DNA from: Rhodothermales bacterium
GTDB taxonomy: Bacteria > Bacteroidota > Rhodothermia > Rhodothermales > Bin80
Direction of reading: 5' to 3'
DNA length: 64,000 nucleotides
Assembly (NCBI GenBank): GCA_965207385.1
Contig: CBDBLZ010000020.1
Location: 288,932-352,931, forward strand
Part shown: positions 1-9,121 of the stretch, piece after piece
Layout of the letters: each line of letters begins with the position of its first letter
How positions within the stretch are numbered: position 1 is the first letter of the stretch
Translations under genes and position numbers: made by a program
Notes under the pieces: model-generated
What the model was told of the DNA's origin: nothing
What the model saw: only the letters and a program-made list of their open reading frames with translations
The model's database searches: none

Positions 1-578
1 GCAAATGGCTGCCGGTATGTTGCGTGGTCAAACCTGAGCACCCATTGGCCGGGAGCACGGCGGAGGCCTGCCTGCTCGCGTGAGGAAAGTATGCAAAACG
101 GCGCAGCGCCGCCGAGAATTTCCGTGGAATCCGCACCGGTGTCAGAAACCCGCTCCAGAACAGAATGCATGCCAAAGCTCGCATGCACGAATCGGATGCT
201 GGCGTAGGTCAAGTCGGAAAGTAATGCTCCGGACTCAAAAAGCAGTGCGCGTACCTGGTCTGCATAGTGATCAAAGAACGGGCATCGGCCGTAGTTGCAT
301 AGGAAGGACCTCCAGTGGCGGCGGCGCCAGCCCGGCTCAGCAGCGATGCGGGTGCGGGCGTGGGACAGACCGTGCTGCCCCCGCCGGAGCGGAACCGTGA
401 TCCATTGCCAGCCTTGAGGAGTACGCAGCTTGCTTCTGTTCTGGTAGGACTGCCGGACATACTGCCAGTCATCCGATACGACGAAACGGCCTGCAGCCTG
501 CATGAGAGCGGCATAGCCCAGGCGAGGAAAGTATTCCGGAGCACTTGCGGCAACCACCGGCGCACGGGAACATGGCAT
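1..578 (-). CDS. WbqC-like family protein, N-terminal part (gene runs off the left edge of the window)
   Basis: Absent from the supplied ORF track because no stop codon lies inside the window. My own minus-strand translation from the ATG at 578-576 gives MPCSRAPVVAASAPEYFPRLGYAALMQAAGRFVVSDDWQYVRQSYQNRSKLRTPQGWQWITVPLRRGQHGLSHARTRIAAEPGWRRRHWRSFLCNYGRCPFFDHYADQVRALL... and stays open to position 1. The pattern Y-F-P-x-L-GY ... DD-x-QY ... NR-x-K-L ... G-W-x-W-I-T-V-P is what I recall for WbqC-type proteins of LPS/O-antigen loci. Confidence 0.55.
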   Translation of the reverse strand, partial: MPCSRAPVVAASAPEYFPRLGYAALMQAAGRFVVSDDWQYVRQSYQNRSKLRTPQGWQWITVPLRRGQHGLSHARTRIAAEPGWRRRHWRSFLCNYGRCPFFDHYADQVRALLFESGALLSDLTYASIRFVHASFGMHSVLERVSDTGADSTEILGGAAPFCILSSREQAGLRRAPGQWVLRFDHATYRQPF

Positions 579-1545
579 GTCCCCGGCGCTTCGAGCCGAA
601 ACCCTGGTCATTGCGGTCCCTGTCTTGCCCGCTTCTCCTCTTTCGCCCGGCAGCGCCATCGGCATCATCGCACCCAGCAGTCCGGCTTGGCGCTACGAAC
701 GGCTCGAACGCGGACTGCGTGCACTCGAGGGTGCCGGCTACCGGCCCATTTGGGAGCCTGTAACGCCACGCGGCTACCTTGCCGGCACCGACGCGGAACG
801 GCTAAAGATAATAAACGGCATGCTGCGCCGATCAGATCTGCATGCGTTAATGTGCGTGCGCGGCGGCTACGGAGCATTGCGCATCCTCGGCGGGCTGGAC
901 TATGCCGCGGCGCGGCGGCACCCCAAGCTACTTACGGCCTTCAGCGATGGCACCGCGTTGCAGCTCGCCCTGCTTACAAAGGCCGGCTGGCGAAGCCTGT
1001 CCGGCCCGCTGGTGGTTGAATGGGCAGAAATAAGCGAGCGTACCCGGACCTGCTTTCTGGACCTTGCCCGAGGCGAGGTTCCAGCGTCCCTGGCTGGCCC
1101 GGACAAATCTGAGCTTGTGCCCATGCGCCAGGGTGTGGCAACCGGCCCGCTCGTGGGCGGCAACCTGTCCACCATTGTGCGCATGATCGGCAGCGCCTAC
1201 CTGCCGCCGCTGAGCGGCGCCATCCTCTTCTTGGAGGAAGTGGGCGAGGCGCCGTATCGCATCGATGCCCTGTTCGCACAGCTGCGCCTGGCCGGCATTC
1301 TGGACAGGATTGGCGGGCTGGTCCTGGGCGCCTTCACGGACTGGGAGCCCCGGCACGACCGCCCGGTCCTGTCGCCGTCCGAGATCTGGGCGGACTACCT
1401 GGGGGAGGCCCCCTATCCCGTAGCTACGAACCTTGCATACGGCCACTTTCCGAATCGTGCCACGATGCCTGTCGGCGTCCAGGCCCGCCTCACGGTTACT
1501 GAAACGGACGCCCGGCTGTCAATAATTGAGCCTGTGGCCCAATAG
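577..1545 (+). CDS. ldcA: LD-carboxypeptidase (peptidase S66, muramoyltetrapeptide carboxypeptidase-like)
   Basis: 322-aa ORF with a GIIAPSS N-terminal strand, nucleophile-type AFSDGTAL, FLEEVGE and a C-terminal YGHFP, which is the Ser/Glu/His layout of S66. The ATG at 577 overlaps the divergent ATG at 578-576. An in-frame TTG at 625 (..PASPLSPGSAIGIIAPSS) is a plausible alternative start. Confidence 0.85.
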   Translation: MSPALRAETLVIAVPVLPASPLSPGSAIGIIAPSSPAWRYERLERGLRALEGAGYRPIWEPVTPRGYLAGTDAERLKIINGMLRRSDLHALMCVRGGYGALRILGGLDYAAARRHPKLLTAFSDGTALQLALLTKAGWRSLSGPLVVEWAEISERTRTCFLDLARGEVPASLAGPDKSELVPMRQGVATGPLVGGNLSTIVRMIGSAYLPPLSGAILFLEEVGEAPYRIDALFAQLRLAGILDRIGGLVLGAFTDWEPRHDRPVLSPSEIWADYLGEAPYPVATNLAYGHFPNRATMPVGVQARLTVTETDARLSIIEPVAQ

Positions 1546-1630
1546 TTCGCTGTGATTTCAACTGGGCCCGTTTCGATTTCTGCGGAGGATGAAGTAAAAT
1601 CCCCGGTGCATTTACCTGAATGAGTCCGTC

Positions 1631-2227
1631 GTGCGACTGGCCGTATTTGCTTCCGGGGGCGGGTCAAACCTGCAGGCCATACTAGACAGCGGTGATTTCA
1701 ACGTTGTCCTAGTGCTCAGCAATACGCCACGGGCAGGCGCACTGCAACGCGCCCTGCGGGCGGGCATTGATACGGAAATACTCGATCCCTCCGGCTTTCC
1801 CGGCGAAGACGCGTACGTCGCGGCGCTGATGACCGCCTTGCAGGACAGAAGCGTGGACGCCATAGCGCTGGCCGGGTACCTGCGCAAGATTCCGGCTGCA
1901 GTGGTAGCAGCCTACCGGGGAAGAATGGTCAACATTCACCCTGCCCTGCTGCCGGCCTTCGGTGGCAAGGGCCTTTACGGTCGGCGCGTGCACGAGGCTG
2001 TGATTGAGGCCGGCGTACCGGAAAGCGGAGCAACGGTACACTTTGTGGATGAGGAATACGACACGGGGCCCATCCTGCTGCAGGAGTCCGTCCCGGTATA
2101 CCCGGACGACACACCGGATACGCTCGCCAGCCGCGTACTTGCCGTCGAGCACTCGCTATACCCGAGGGCACTGCGCCTGCTGAAAGACCTGCCACGTCTA
2201 CCTGCCACTCATCAATCATCGCCATGA
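1631..2227 (+). CDS. purN: phosphoribosylglycinamide formyltransferase
   Basis: 198 aa, GTG start. Contains RLAVFASGGGSNLQAILD, MVNIHPALLPAFGG and ATVHFVDEEYDTGPILLQ, which are classic PurN motifs. It lies immediately upstream of purH with a 4-nt overlap. Confidence 0.92.
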   Translation: MRLAVFASGGGSNLQAILDSGDFNVVLVLSNTPRAGALQRALRAGIDTEILDPSGFPGEDAYVAALMTALQDRSVDAIALAGYLRKIPAAVVAAYRGRMVNIHPALLPAFGGKGLYGRRVHEAVIEAGVPESGATVHFVDEEYDTGPILLQESVPVYPDDTPDTLASRVLAVEHSLYPRALRLLKDLPRLPATHQSSP

Positions 2228-3801
2228 TAGAAGCACGAAACCTGCCGGAGGCTCCGGACAAGGTGCGCCTGCGCCGGGCTCTGCTTTCCGCGTACGACAA
2301 GACCGGACTAGTCGAATTTGCACGCATGCTGGCAAATCTTGGCGTCGAAGTCGTTTCCTCCGGAGGCACCGCCCGGCACCTGCGAGAAGCCGGCATCGCG
2401 GTAACGGACGTGGCATCCGTTACGGGATTCCCGGAAATACTGGGCGGTCGCGTCAAGACCCTGCATCCCGGCGTGCATGGCGGCATCCTGGCCCGGAGAG
2501 GCTACCGCCCGGACGAAGCGGACCTCGCCGAACTCGATATCAAGCCCATCGACCTGGTGGTCGTCAACCTCTACCCCTTCTCCGAAGCCGTGGCACAACC
2601 GGGCGTGACCGATGCCGTGGCAGCGGAGAATATCGATATCGGCGGTCCAGCCATGACGCGGGCGGCGGCCAAGAATTTCGCCTACGTGGCCGTGGTGACC
2701 TCGCCCGGAGACTACGACGAGGTTGCCAAGGAGCTGAGCGCCACGGGCGGCAGCCTCTCGCTGGCCACGCGCAGGCGCCTGGCAGCAAGCGCCTTTGCAT
2801 GCACTGCCGATTACGACGCGGCCATACAGGCCTTCCTGGATCCAGGGCAGGAGGATACCCTGCCGAAAGCCCTCCGGATCTCCCTGGCTCCGCAGCTGGG
2901 CCTGCGCTACGGCGAGAATCCCCACCAGGCCGCGGCCTTCTATGGCAGCACCGACGGTCTGTTCGAAAAGATCCACGGCAAGGAGCTTTCCTACAACAAT
3001 TTGCTGGATCTCTCGGCGGCGCTCGCACTGATCGACGAATTCGCGGAGGCCGACCCCGCAGTGGCCATTCTCAAGCATACCAATCCGTGCGGGGTAGCTG
3101 TGGCCGAGACACTGGAGCAGGCCTACGAAGCGGCCTTCGCTACGGATCGCCAGTCTCCCTTCGGTGGCATTGTCATCGTCAACCGCCCGCTGACACTTTC
3201 CGTTGCAGAGGCTATTGACCGCATCTTTACGGAAATCATCATAGCGCCGACGTTCGAAAGTGACGCACTGGAATTGCTGATGCGCAAAAAGAACCGGCGG
3301 CTCATTCGTCAGCAAGACCGGGACCGGTCATTGCCCGGTCTCGAAGCGAGGCTCTTGCTGGGCGGCGCACTCTGCCAGTGGCGCGACCCCGCGTTGCCTG
3401 CCGGAGCCGGCTACCAGTGCGTGACCGAGCGGACGCCGACCAAGCGCGAATGGGAGGATCTGGATTTTGCCTGGCGCGTCGCCAAGCATGTAAAGAGCAA
3501 CGCCATCGTCTATGCGGCAGGCCGCCGTACGCTGGGCATTGGCGCGGGACAGATGAGCAGGATTGACGCTTCGGAAATAGCGGTGACCAAGGGGAGCAAG
3601 TCCGGGCTGTCGCTCGAGGGATCTGTGGTGGCGTCGGATGCATTCTTCCCCTTTGCCGACGGCCTCGTGGCTGCGGCCGAAGCTGGCGCCACGGCTGCCA
3701 TCCAGCCGGGCGGGTCCATCCGGGATTCGGAAGTCATACGCGCAGCCAACGAGCGCGGCATGGCGATGGTGTTTACCGGCAAGAGGCACTTTCGGCATTA
3801 G
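2224..3801 (+). CDS. purH: bifunctional AICAR formyltransferase / IMP cyclohydrolase
   Basis: 525 aa with [61 protein letters not shown] and a C-terminal GKRHFRH. Confidence 0.95.
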   Translation: MIEARNLPEAPDKVRLRRALLSAYDKTGLVEFARMLANLGVEVVSSGGTARHLREAGIAVTDVASVTGFPEILGGRVKTLHPGVHGGILARRGYRPDEADLAELDIKPIDLVVVNLYPFSEAVAQPGVTDAVAAENIDIGGPAMTRAAAKNFAYVAVVTSPGDYDEVAKELSATGGSLSLATRRRLAASAFACTADYDAAIQAFLDPGQEDTLPKALRISLAPQLGLRYGENPHQAAAFYGSTDGLFEKIHGKELSYNNLLDLSAALALIDEFAEADPAVAILKHTNPCGVAVAETLEQAYEAAFATDRQSPFGGIVIVNRPLTLSVAEAIDRIFTEIIIAPTFESDALELLMRKKNRRLIRQQDRDRSLPGLEARLLLGGALCQWRDPALPAGAGYQCVTERTPTKREWEDLDFAWRVAKHVKSNAIVYAAGRRTLGIGAGQMSRIDASEIAVTKGSKSGLSLEGSVVASDAFFPFADGLVAAAEAGATAAIQPGGSIRDSEVIRAANERGMAMVFTGKRHFRH

Positions 3802-3901
3802 TGCAGGTTCGTTACCTTCGCTTATCAGGTTTGCCGCACATGGGGATTGGCCTGCTCATCGGTCGGTTCGCAGCGGAAAACCAGACGCGCCAGAACGCTC
3901 C

Positions 3902-4912
3902 ATGAGCTTTTTCCAGTTTTCGTCCGACGTTGCCATAGATCTCGGCACGGCCAATACGCTCATATATATAAAGGGCCGTGGAATTGCACTCAACGAGCCG
4001 AGCATCGTGGCGGTACACCGAAATTCCCGCCAACAGATCGCGATCGGCCACGAGGCGCTCCAGATGCACGAGCGCACGCACCGTGACATCGAGACGATTC
4101 GGCCCCTGAAGGACGGTGTCATTGCCGATTTCGAGGTCGCGGAGCAATTGATTCGCGGTCTCATTCAGAAGGTCCAGAAGAGCTGGCTCGCCTCCATCCG
4201 GCAAATGGTGGTTTGCATACCCAGCGGCATTACGGAGGTAGAAAAGCGCGCCGTGCGGGACAGCGCCGAGCACGCCGGAGCAAAGAAGGTCCACCTGATT
4301 GCGGAGCCGATGGCAGCCGCCATCGGCATAGGCCTCAATGTGGAAGAGCCCGTAGGCAACATGATCGTGGATATCGGGGGAGGCACCACGGAAATTGCCG
4401 TGATCGCCCTTAGCGGGATTGTGATTGACGAATCGATCCGGGTTGGAGGCAACGAGATAGACGATTCGATACTGCGGTATTTCAAGCGGTACCACAACCT
4501 GCTGATCGGGCACCGTACTGCGGAACGCATCAAGCGGGAGATCGGCAGCGCCGTAAAGCTGTCGCCCGAGCTCGAGATCTCGGTCAGGGGACGGGACCTC
4601 GTCAGCGGCATCCCCAAAGTGCGCACCATTTCCTCCGAAGATGTGCGCGAGGCGCTGGGCAACGCCGTGGGCCAGATTACCGCTGCCGTACAGCGGTGCC
4701 TGGAGCAGACTCCGCCTGAGCTGGGCGCGGACGTACTGGAGCGCGGCATCATGCTCACGGGCGGCGGCGCGCTGCTGAAGGGCCTTGACGACGTGCTCCG
4801 TGACCGGGTGGAAATCCCGGTGTACGTCGCCGAGGATCCCCTGACGGCCGTGGTTCGCGGCACCGGGAAGGTCCTCGAAAACGTGGATGCCTTTCGCCGA
4901 GTGCTGATCTAG
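3902..4912 (+). CDS. mreB: rod shape-determining actin-like protein MreB
   Basis: The track ORF 3638..4912 begins inside purH. An internal ATG at 3902 gives MSFFQFSSDVAIDLGTANTLIYIKGRGIALNEPS, a typical MreB N-terminus. VDIGGGTTEIAVI and MLTGGGALLKGLD are also present. Confidence 0.95.
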   Translation: MSFFQFSSDVAIDLGTANTLIYIKGRGIALNEPSIVAVHRNSRQQIAIGHEALQMHERTHRDIETIRPLKDGVIADFEVAEQLIRGLIQKVQKSWLASIRQMVVCIPSGITEVEKRAVRDSAEHAGAKKVHLIAEPMAAAIGIGLNVEEPVGNMIVDIGGGTTEIAVIALSGIVIDESIRVGGNEIDDSILRYFKRYHNLLIGHRTAERIKREIGSAVKLSPELEISVRGRDLVSGIPKVRTISSEDVREALGNAVGQITAAVQRCLEQTPPELGADVLERGIMLTGGGALLKGLDDVLRDRVEIPVYVAEDPLTAVVRGTGKVLENVDAFRRVLI

Positions 4913-4934
4913 TGGTCCGGGAGGCGATCGTCAC

Positions 4935-5756
4935 GTGCGATTCTGGCTGCGCATACGGGACTGGCTCTTTCTCTTCGGCGTGCTGACGTCCGCCTTCGTG
5001 ATCATGATATCCAGCAACGATCCCGTCCTGTACGGTCTGCGCAAGGCTTCTCTCACGCTCACGGGCGCAGTGGAGCAGCGCATCGCCTGGGCCGGGCATT
5101 TCCTGCGGGCCCAAAGCGACAACCGCGCGCTTCGCCGCGAAAACGTCGAACTGAGCAGCCAGGTGCTACTGCTGCGCGAGGCCGGGCTGGAAAACGAGCG
5201 CATGGCGGAGGCTATGGGATTTCAGCGCTCCGCACCATACGAAATGGTAGCCGCCCGTGTGGTGACCAAGGATATATTCGGACTGCACAACTTCCTGACG
5301 CTCGACGTGGGCCGCACAAGCGGCGTCGACATTGACATGCCCGTCGTCACGGAGCACGGGGTCGTCGGCCGTGTCGTGGCGGTAACCGAACACTACTGCC
5401 GCGTAATGCCCTTTCTCAACACCGAATTCTACGTTCCCGCCAAGATTCTGCCCAACCTCGCGGTCGGCATGATAAACTGGCCAGGCACCAGTTCGGAGTT
5501 CCTGGCTCTTTACGGCGTGGTCAAGACGGAGGCCGTGGAGATCGGGCAGACAGTGGTGACAAGCCAGGAAAGCGGCATTTTTCCGCCCGGCTTCACGGTA
5601 GGAAGTATTGCATCAGTTGCGACAGCTCCGGGAGAGAACTCCTACGCCATCACGGTAACCCCCGCCGTTTCGCTGCCGGCAATTCAGCACGCGTTCGTAC
5701 TTCTTCACAGGGTGGACTCGGAGCGCAGGAGCCTGGAGGAGCTCCCGCTGCCATGA
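4935..5756 (+). CDS. mreC: rod shape-determining protein MreC
   Basis: 273 aa, GTG start 22 nt after mreB. It has an N-terminal TM helix, a coiled-coil region (LRRENVELSSQVLLLREAGLENERM) and beta-rich domains (VVTEHGVVGRVV, TSQESGIFPPGFTVG). Confidence 0.85.
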   Translation: MRFWLRIRDWLFLFGVLTSAFVIMISSNDPVLYGLRKASLTLTGAVEQRIAWAGHFLRAQSDNRALRRENVELSSQVLLLREAGLENERMAEAMGFQRSAPYEMVAARVVTKDIFGLHNFLTLDVGRTSGVDIDMPVVTEHGVVGRVVAVTEHYCRVMPFLNTEFYVPAKILPNLAVGMINWPGTSSEFLALYGVVKTEAVEIGQTVVTSQESGIFPPGFTVGSIASVATAPGENSYAITVTPAVSLPAIQHAFVLLHRVDSERRSLEELPLP

Positions 5757-7234
5757 CCTGTCGGATTTGGTGCCTTGTGCTCCTGATTGCCGGATCCGGG
5801 CTGGCGGCACAGTCTGCCGAATCCCAAACGGATCCTGCGCTGGCACGAGCCATTGAGGAGGTGCTCCTTTCGACTCCGCTGGCAAATGCCTGGTGGGGCG
5901 CATTGGCGGTCGACGCGGAAACCGGGCAGGTCCTGTACGAAATGAACGCCGACCGGAGTTTCGTGCCGGCCTCGGTAACGAAACTTTTCACCACAGCCGC
6001 TGCCCTGCACGTGCTCGGTCCGTCCTTTGCCTACCGCACGTCGCTGTATGCATCAGGTCCGCTGGAGGACAGCACACTCCAGGGCGATCTTATAATCCGC
6101 GGAGCCGGAGACCCCTCCTTCGGAGATGCCGGGCCGGAGGCCGATGCCCTCGCCACGTTCCGTGCCTGGGCCGATTCACTTCGCTCGCTCGGCATACGGC
6201 ACATCGCCGGCGACATTGTTGGCGACGACGATGTCTTCGATGATGTGCCGCTGGGGGACAGCTGGAGCTGGGACGATCTGCAATACGGATATGCCGCCGA
6301 AATCAGCGGCCTTTCCTTCCACGGCAATGTGGTGAAGCTCCGCATAGATCCGACCCTTCAGGGCAGTCCGGGAACGGTTTCCTGGCAGCCGGACAACACG
6401 GACTACGTCAGCATTTCCAATCGCAGCGTAACCGTCCCCCGAGGCTCTCGCCTCGTCGAGGGCTACGAAAGAGTGCCGGGCACCAACCGATTCGAGGTCA
6501 CCTCCGAAGTACCGGCCAACAGAGCCGAGGAAGAGGAGCTTAGCGTGCACAATCCGACGCTCTTTTCTGCACACGTCCTCCGGGACGTGCTGCGAGCGGA
6601 AGGCATCGCCGTGGACGGCATGCCGATAGATGTCGACGACCTGGCCGACAAACCGGATTACGACTTCCCGGATCTCCGGATCGTTGCCCGCCACACTTCG
6701 GCGCCGCTGTCCGAACTGGCTAGCGAAATCAACAAGGAAAGCAACAACCTGTGGGCCGAACAGGTGCTGCGCACGCTGGCAGCGGAAACCGGCGATGTCG
6801 GAACGGCTGAAAGTGGTCACCAGCTGGCCAAGGCCGTTTTCTCGGAAGCCGGCATCGACACCAGCCGCATACAGCTCATGGACGGGTCCGGACTTTCCAG
6901 AAAGAACCTCGTTACGCCGCGAATGGCAACGGACCTGCTCCGCTTCATGGCCCATCACGAGAACCGCGGAGTCCGGATCGCATTTATGAATTCCCTTGCC
7001 GTAGGGGGCCACGACGGCACGCTTGAGTACCGCTTCCGGGGAGGCACGCCCAAGGTCATGGCCAAGACCGGGTCCCTGGGAAACGTGAGCGCCCTGAGCG
7101 GCTTCGTGAGGACCGGTGAAGGCCGGCTGCTTGCCTTCGCGCTGGTCTGCAACCATTACACGACACGGTCTGCCCTTGTGCGATCGGCGCAGGACGCGGT
7201 TGTAACGATCCTGGCCTCACATTCCCCGAGGTAA
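5753..7234 (+). CDS. dacB: D-alanyl-D-alanine carboxypeptidase/endopeptidase, PBP4 family (peptidase S13)
   Basis: 493 aa with a signal peptide, the active-site motif SVTKLFTTAAAL (SxxK), a DGSGLSR(K)N motif and a late KTGSL (KTG box). There is an ATGA overlap with the mreC stop. Confidence 0.85.
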   Translation: MTCRIWCLVLLIAGSGLAAQSAESQTDPALARAIEEVLLSTPLANAWWGALAVDAETGQVLYEMNADRSFVPASVTKLFTTAAALHVLGPSFAYRTSLYASGPLEDSTLQGDLIIRGAGDPSFGDAGPEADALATFRAWADSLRSLGIRHIAGDIVGDDDVFDDVPLGDSWSWDDLQYGYAAEISGLSFHGNVVKLRIDPTLQGSPGTVSWQPDNTDYVSISNRSVTVPRGSRLVEGYERVPGTNRFEVTSEVPANRAEEEELSVHNPTLFSAHVLRDVLRAEGIAVDGMPIDVDDLADKPDYDFPDLRIVARHTSAPLSELASEINKESNNLWAEQVLRTLAAETGDVGTAESGHQLAKAVFSEAGIDTSRIQLMDGSGLSRKNLVTPRMATDLLRFMAHHENRGVRIAFMNSLAVGGHDGTLEYRFRGGTPKVMAKTGSLGNVSALSGFVRTGEGRLLAFALVCNHYTTRSALVRSAQDAVVTILASHSPR

Positions 7235-7422
7235 CCTGCTCTCAAGCTGGCCGGTCGTCTTCGCGAAAGCGCCCCCTCCGGGACTGAGGCCGCCACCTTT
7301 ACGGCACCTCTGATTGCGTCCTGGCGCGTTCGATTTGCACTTCGCTACGGCGCGCCCGAACAGGAACACAACCCCTGCCGCGACGTTACGAGAGCATTAT
7401 TTGATTAGGATATAGTTGATAA

Positions 7423-7992
7423 ATGAATCAGTCGGTGTCACCACTTTTGCATGCTACGACGGTCGTGGGTGTGCGAAAGTCCGGCAAGGTTGTGCTGGGC
7501 TCGGACGGACAGGCCACGATAGGCACAACCGTCATGAAGCATCGTGCCAAGAAGGTTCGCACGTTGTTTAACGGGAGCATTCTTGCCGGCTTTGCCGGCG
7601 CTACGGCGGATGCATTCACACTGTTTGAACGATTCGAGGAAAAGCTCCAGCAGTATGCGGGCAACGTGATGAGATCCGCAGTCGAACTGGCAAAGGACTG
7701 GCGAACGGACCGGTACCTGCGGCGGCTTGAGGCGCTCCTCGCGGTGGCGGCGCCGGGCAAACTGCTACTAATAAGCGGCAGCGGGGATGTCCTCGAGCCG
7801 GACGACGACGTTATTGCCATAGGTTCCGGAGGACCCTTTGCGCTCGCGGCGGCTCGAGCGCTGCTCCAGCATGCCGGCAACCTGTCCGCCCGGCAGATAG
7901 TGGAAGAGGCCCTGTCCGTGGCTGCGGAGATATGCATCTACACAAATAGCCATACTACGGTACTCGAAATAGAGGACTCGCCCCAGAATTAG
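7423..7992 (+). CDS. hslV: ATP-dependent protease HslVU, peptidase subunit HslV
   Basis: 189 aa containing ..[60 protein letters not shown]. The catalytic TT is preceded by an 11-residue extension and no in-frame start would give Met-Thr. Confidence 0.95.
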   Translation: MNQSVSPLLHATTVVGVRKSGKVVLGSDGQATIGTTVMKHRAKKVRTLFNGSILAGFAGATADAFTLFERFEEKLQQYAGNVMRSAVELAKDWRTDRYLRRLEALLAVAAPGKLLLISGSGDVLEPDDDVIAIGSGGPFALAAARALLQHAGNLSARQIVEEALSVAAEICIYTNSHTTVLEIEDSPQN

Positions 7993-8041
7993 GGACCGAG
8001 ACCGGTACTGATTGCTTCGTTCACCCGGCACGGTTATATCC

Positions 8042-9094
8042 ATGCATTTCTCAAAATCCGGCAAGGCACCGAACCGCGCGGCAGTATTTGTCGACTACGA
8101 AAATCTGTTCAGTCATTTGTATGGACGAACGGGTACGCGCATGCGGCCCGACAACGTAATCTCGGAATTGCTGCAGGCGCTCAAGCGCTACCTCATGGAG
8201 CAACTGCATACCTCGACCGTCATGGCCGCTGCATACGCCGATTTCTCGGAAATGCAGGGCGGCGGTCAGCAGGTCCAGCGGGGACTCTATTTGCACGGCG
8301 TCGAGCCACGCTTCGTGCCGGCCTCCATGCAGCGCAACGCCGCGGAAATACAGCTTACCGTGGACGCCGTAGAAACACTCTACACACGCAACGATGTTAC
8401 GACGCTTGCCATCGTGTCGGGAGACCGCCACTACCTCCCGCTGGTGCAGCACTGCCTCCGCAACGGCTCAAGAGCGCTGGTATTGACCTTCAAGCGGCCG
8501 GAGACAACGGGCTCACACGTAGACGAGGACCTCTTTCTGAATGCCCATACGCTGCTGAGCGAATCCAGCCGGCGTACCGTAGCGGCGCCGCAGGCCGCGC
8601 AGCGTGCGGCGCCGGCCGACCGTCCCGAACGGACGGCAAGCCGGACCGAGGACGTTGAATACCGGTCATTAACGCATGAAGGCGCACTCCAGGCACTGGA
8701 GATCATTGACGAGCACTTCGGCCACTACGCTGAGATTTACCTGACGCCTTGCCTGCGCAAGCTGTCCGAGATCCTGGACGACAGCGAGTACGACCCCAAG
8801 TCGCTCATCAGCGAGATCGAGAACGCGGGAGCAGTGTGGCTTGAAAAGCGTCGGGGCTTCCCCTACGACTACACGGTGCTGCTTATCGATTCCGAGCATC
8901 CGGACGTGGTAGCCATCAGGGGCGACGCGTACCCCGCAGAAGCCGGAGATGAATACGGAATTCCGTATGCCACGGAAAATGATGAGGAGTATGACGCGGG
9001 AGAGTTTGAAAAATACCAGGACGGATATGAAGAGGAGGGGTATGAGGAGGATGCGCCCGAAGGTCATGGAGATGAGGACAGCATGCGCTACTAG
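8042..9094 (+). CDS. NYN (LabA-like, PIN-fold) domain protein with an OST-HTH/LOTUS-like middle region and an acidic Tyr-rich tail
   Basis: The track ORF starts at TTG 8012. ATG 8042 gives MHFSKSGKAPNRAAVFVDYENL. NYN hallmarks are present: FVDYEN, the DA/SGDRHY acidic positions and LAIVSGDRHYLPLV. The C-terminal tail is ...DEYGIPYATENDEEYDAGEFEKYQDGYEEEGYEEDAPEGHGDEDSMRY. Confidence 0.7.
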   Translation: MHFSKSGKAPNRAAVFVDYENLFSHLYGRTGTRMRPDNVISELLQALKRYLMEQLHTSTVMAAAYADFSEMQGGGQQVQRGLYLHGVEPRFVPASMQRNAAEIQLTVDAVETLYTRNDVTTLAIVSGDRHYLPLVQHCLRNGSRALVLTFKRPETTGSHVDEDLFLNAHTLLSESSRRTVAAPQAAQRAAPADRPERTASRTEDVEYRSLTHEGALQALEIIDEHFGHYAEIYLTPCLRKLSEILDDSEYDPKSLISEIENAGAVWLEKRRGFPYDYTVLLIDSEHPDVVAIRGDAYPAEAGDEYGIPYATENDEEYDAGEFEKYQDGYEEEGYEEDAPEGHGDEDSMRY

Positions 9095-9121
9095 GCGCGC
9101 AGGCCCAATACATTTGACAAT

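Noticed and set aside
576-579. Divergent start codons sharing the tetranucleotide CATG (ldcA ATG 577-579 and the WbqC-like ATG 578-576).
   Set aside because: This is probably an annotation artefact of choosing the longest ORFs. ldcA has a plausible downstream TTG at 625, and the WbqC-like gene has a downstream GTG.
80-1019. Plus-strand ORFs 80..400 and 315..1019, and minus-strand ORF 209..565, at the left edge.
   Set aside because: They overlap the WbqC-like frame (which has a convincing family-like translation) and ldcA. Their sequences are low-complexity and Arg-rich.
3638-3901. N-terminal extensions implied by the longest-ORF starts. Cases: mreB 3638, greA 15622, rplU 19548, dapF 23348, phoH 23173, the membrane protein 10901, tamB 33560, the FAH gene 19680, the RND pump 42510, the adaptor 44032 and the kinase-like gene 53553.
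   Set aside because: The extensions overlap neighbouring genes or add non-homologous Arg/Pro-rich leaders. Internal starts reproduce the canonical family N-termini.
7380-7422. A possible Bacteroidota-type promoter (-7 TAnnTTTG) in the AT-rich stretch upstream of hslV (..CATTATTTGATTAGGATATAGTTGATAA..).
   Set aside because: Only a partial match (TTATTTG) is present, with no clear -33 element. Promoter consensus for this lineage is not something I can assert.
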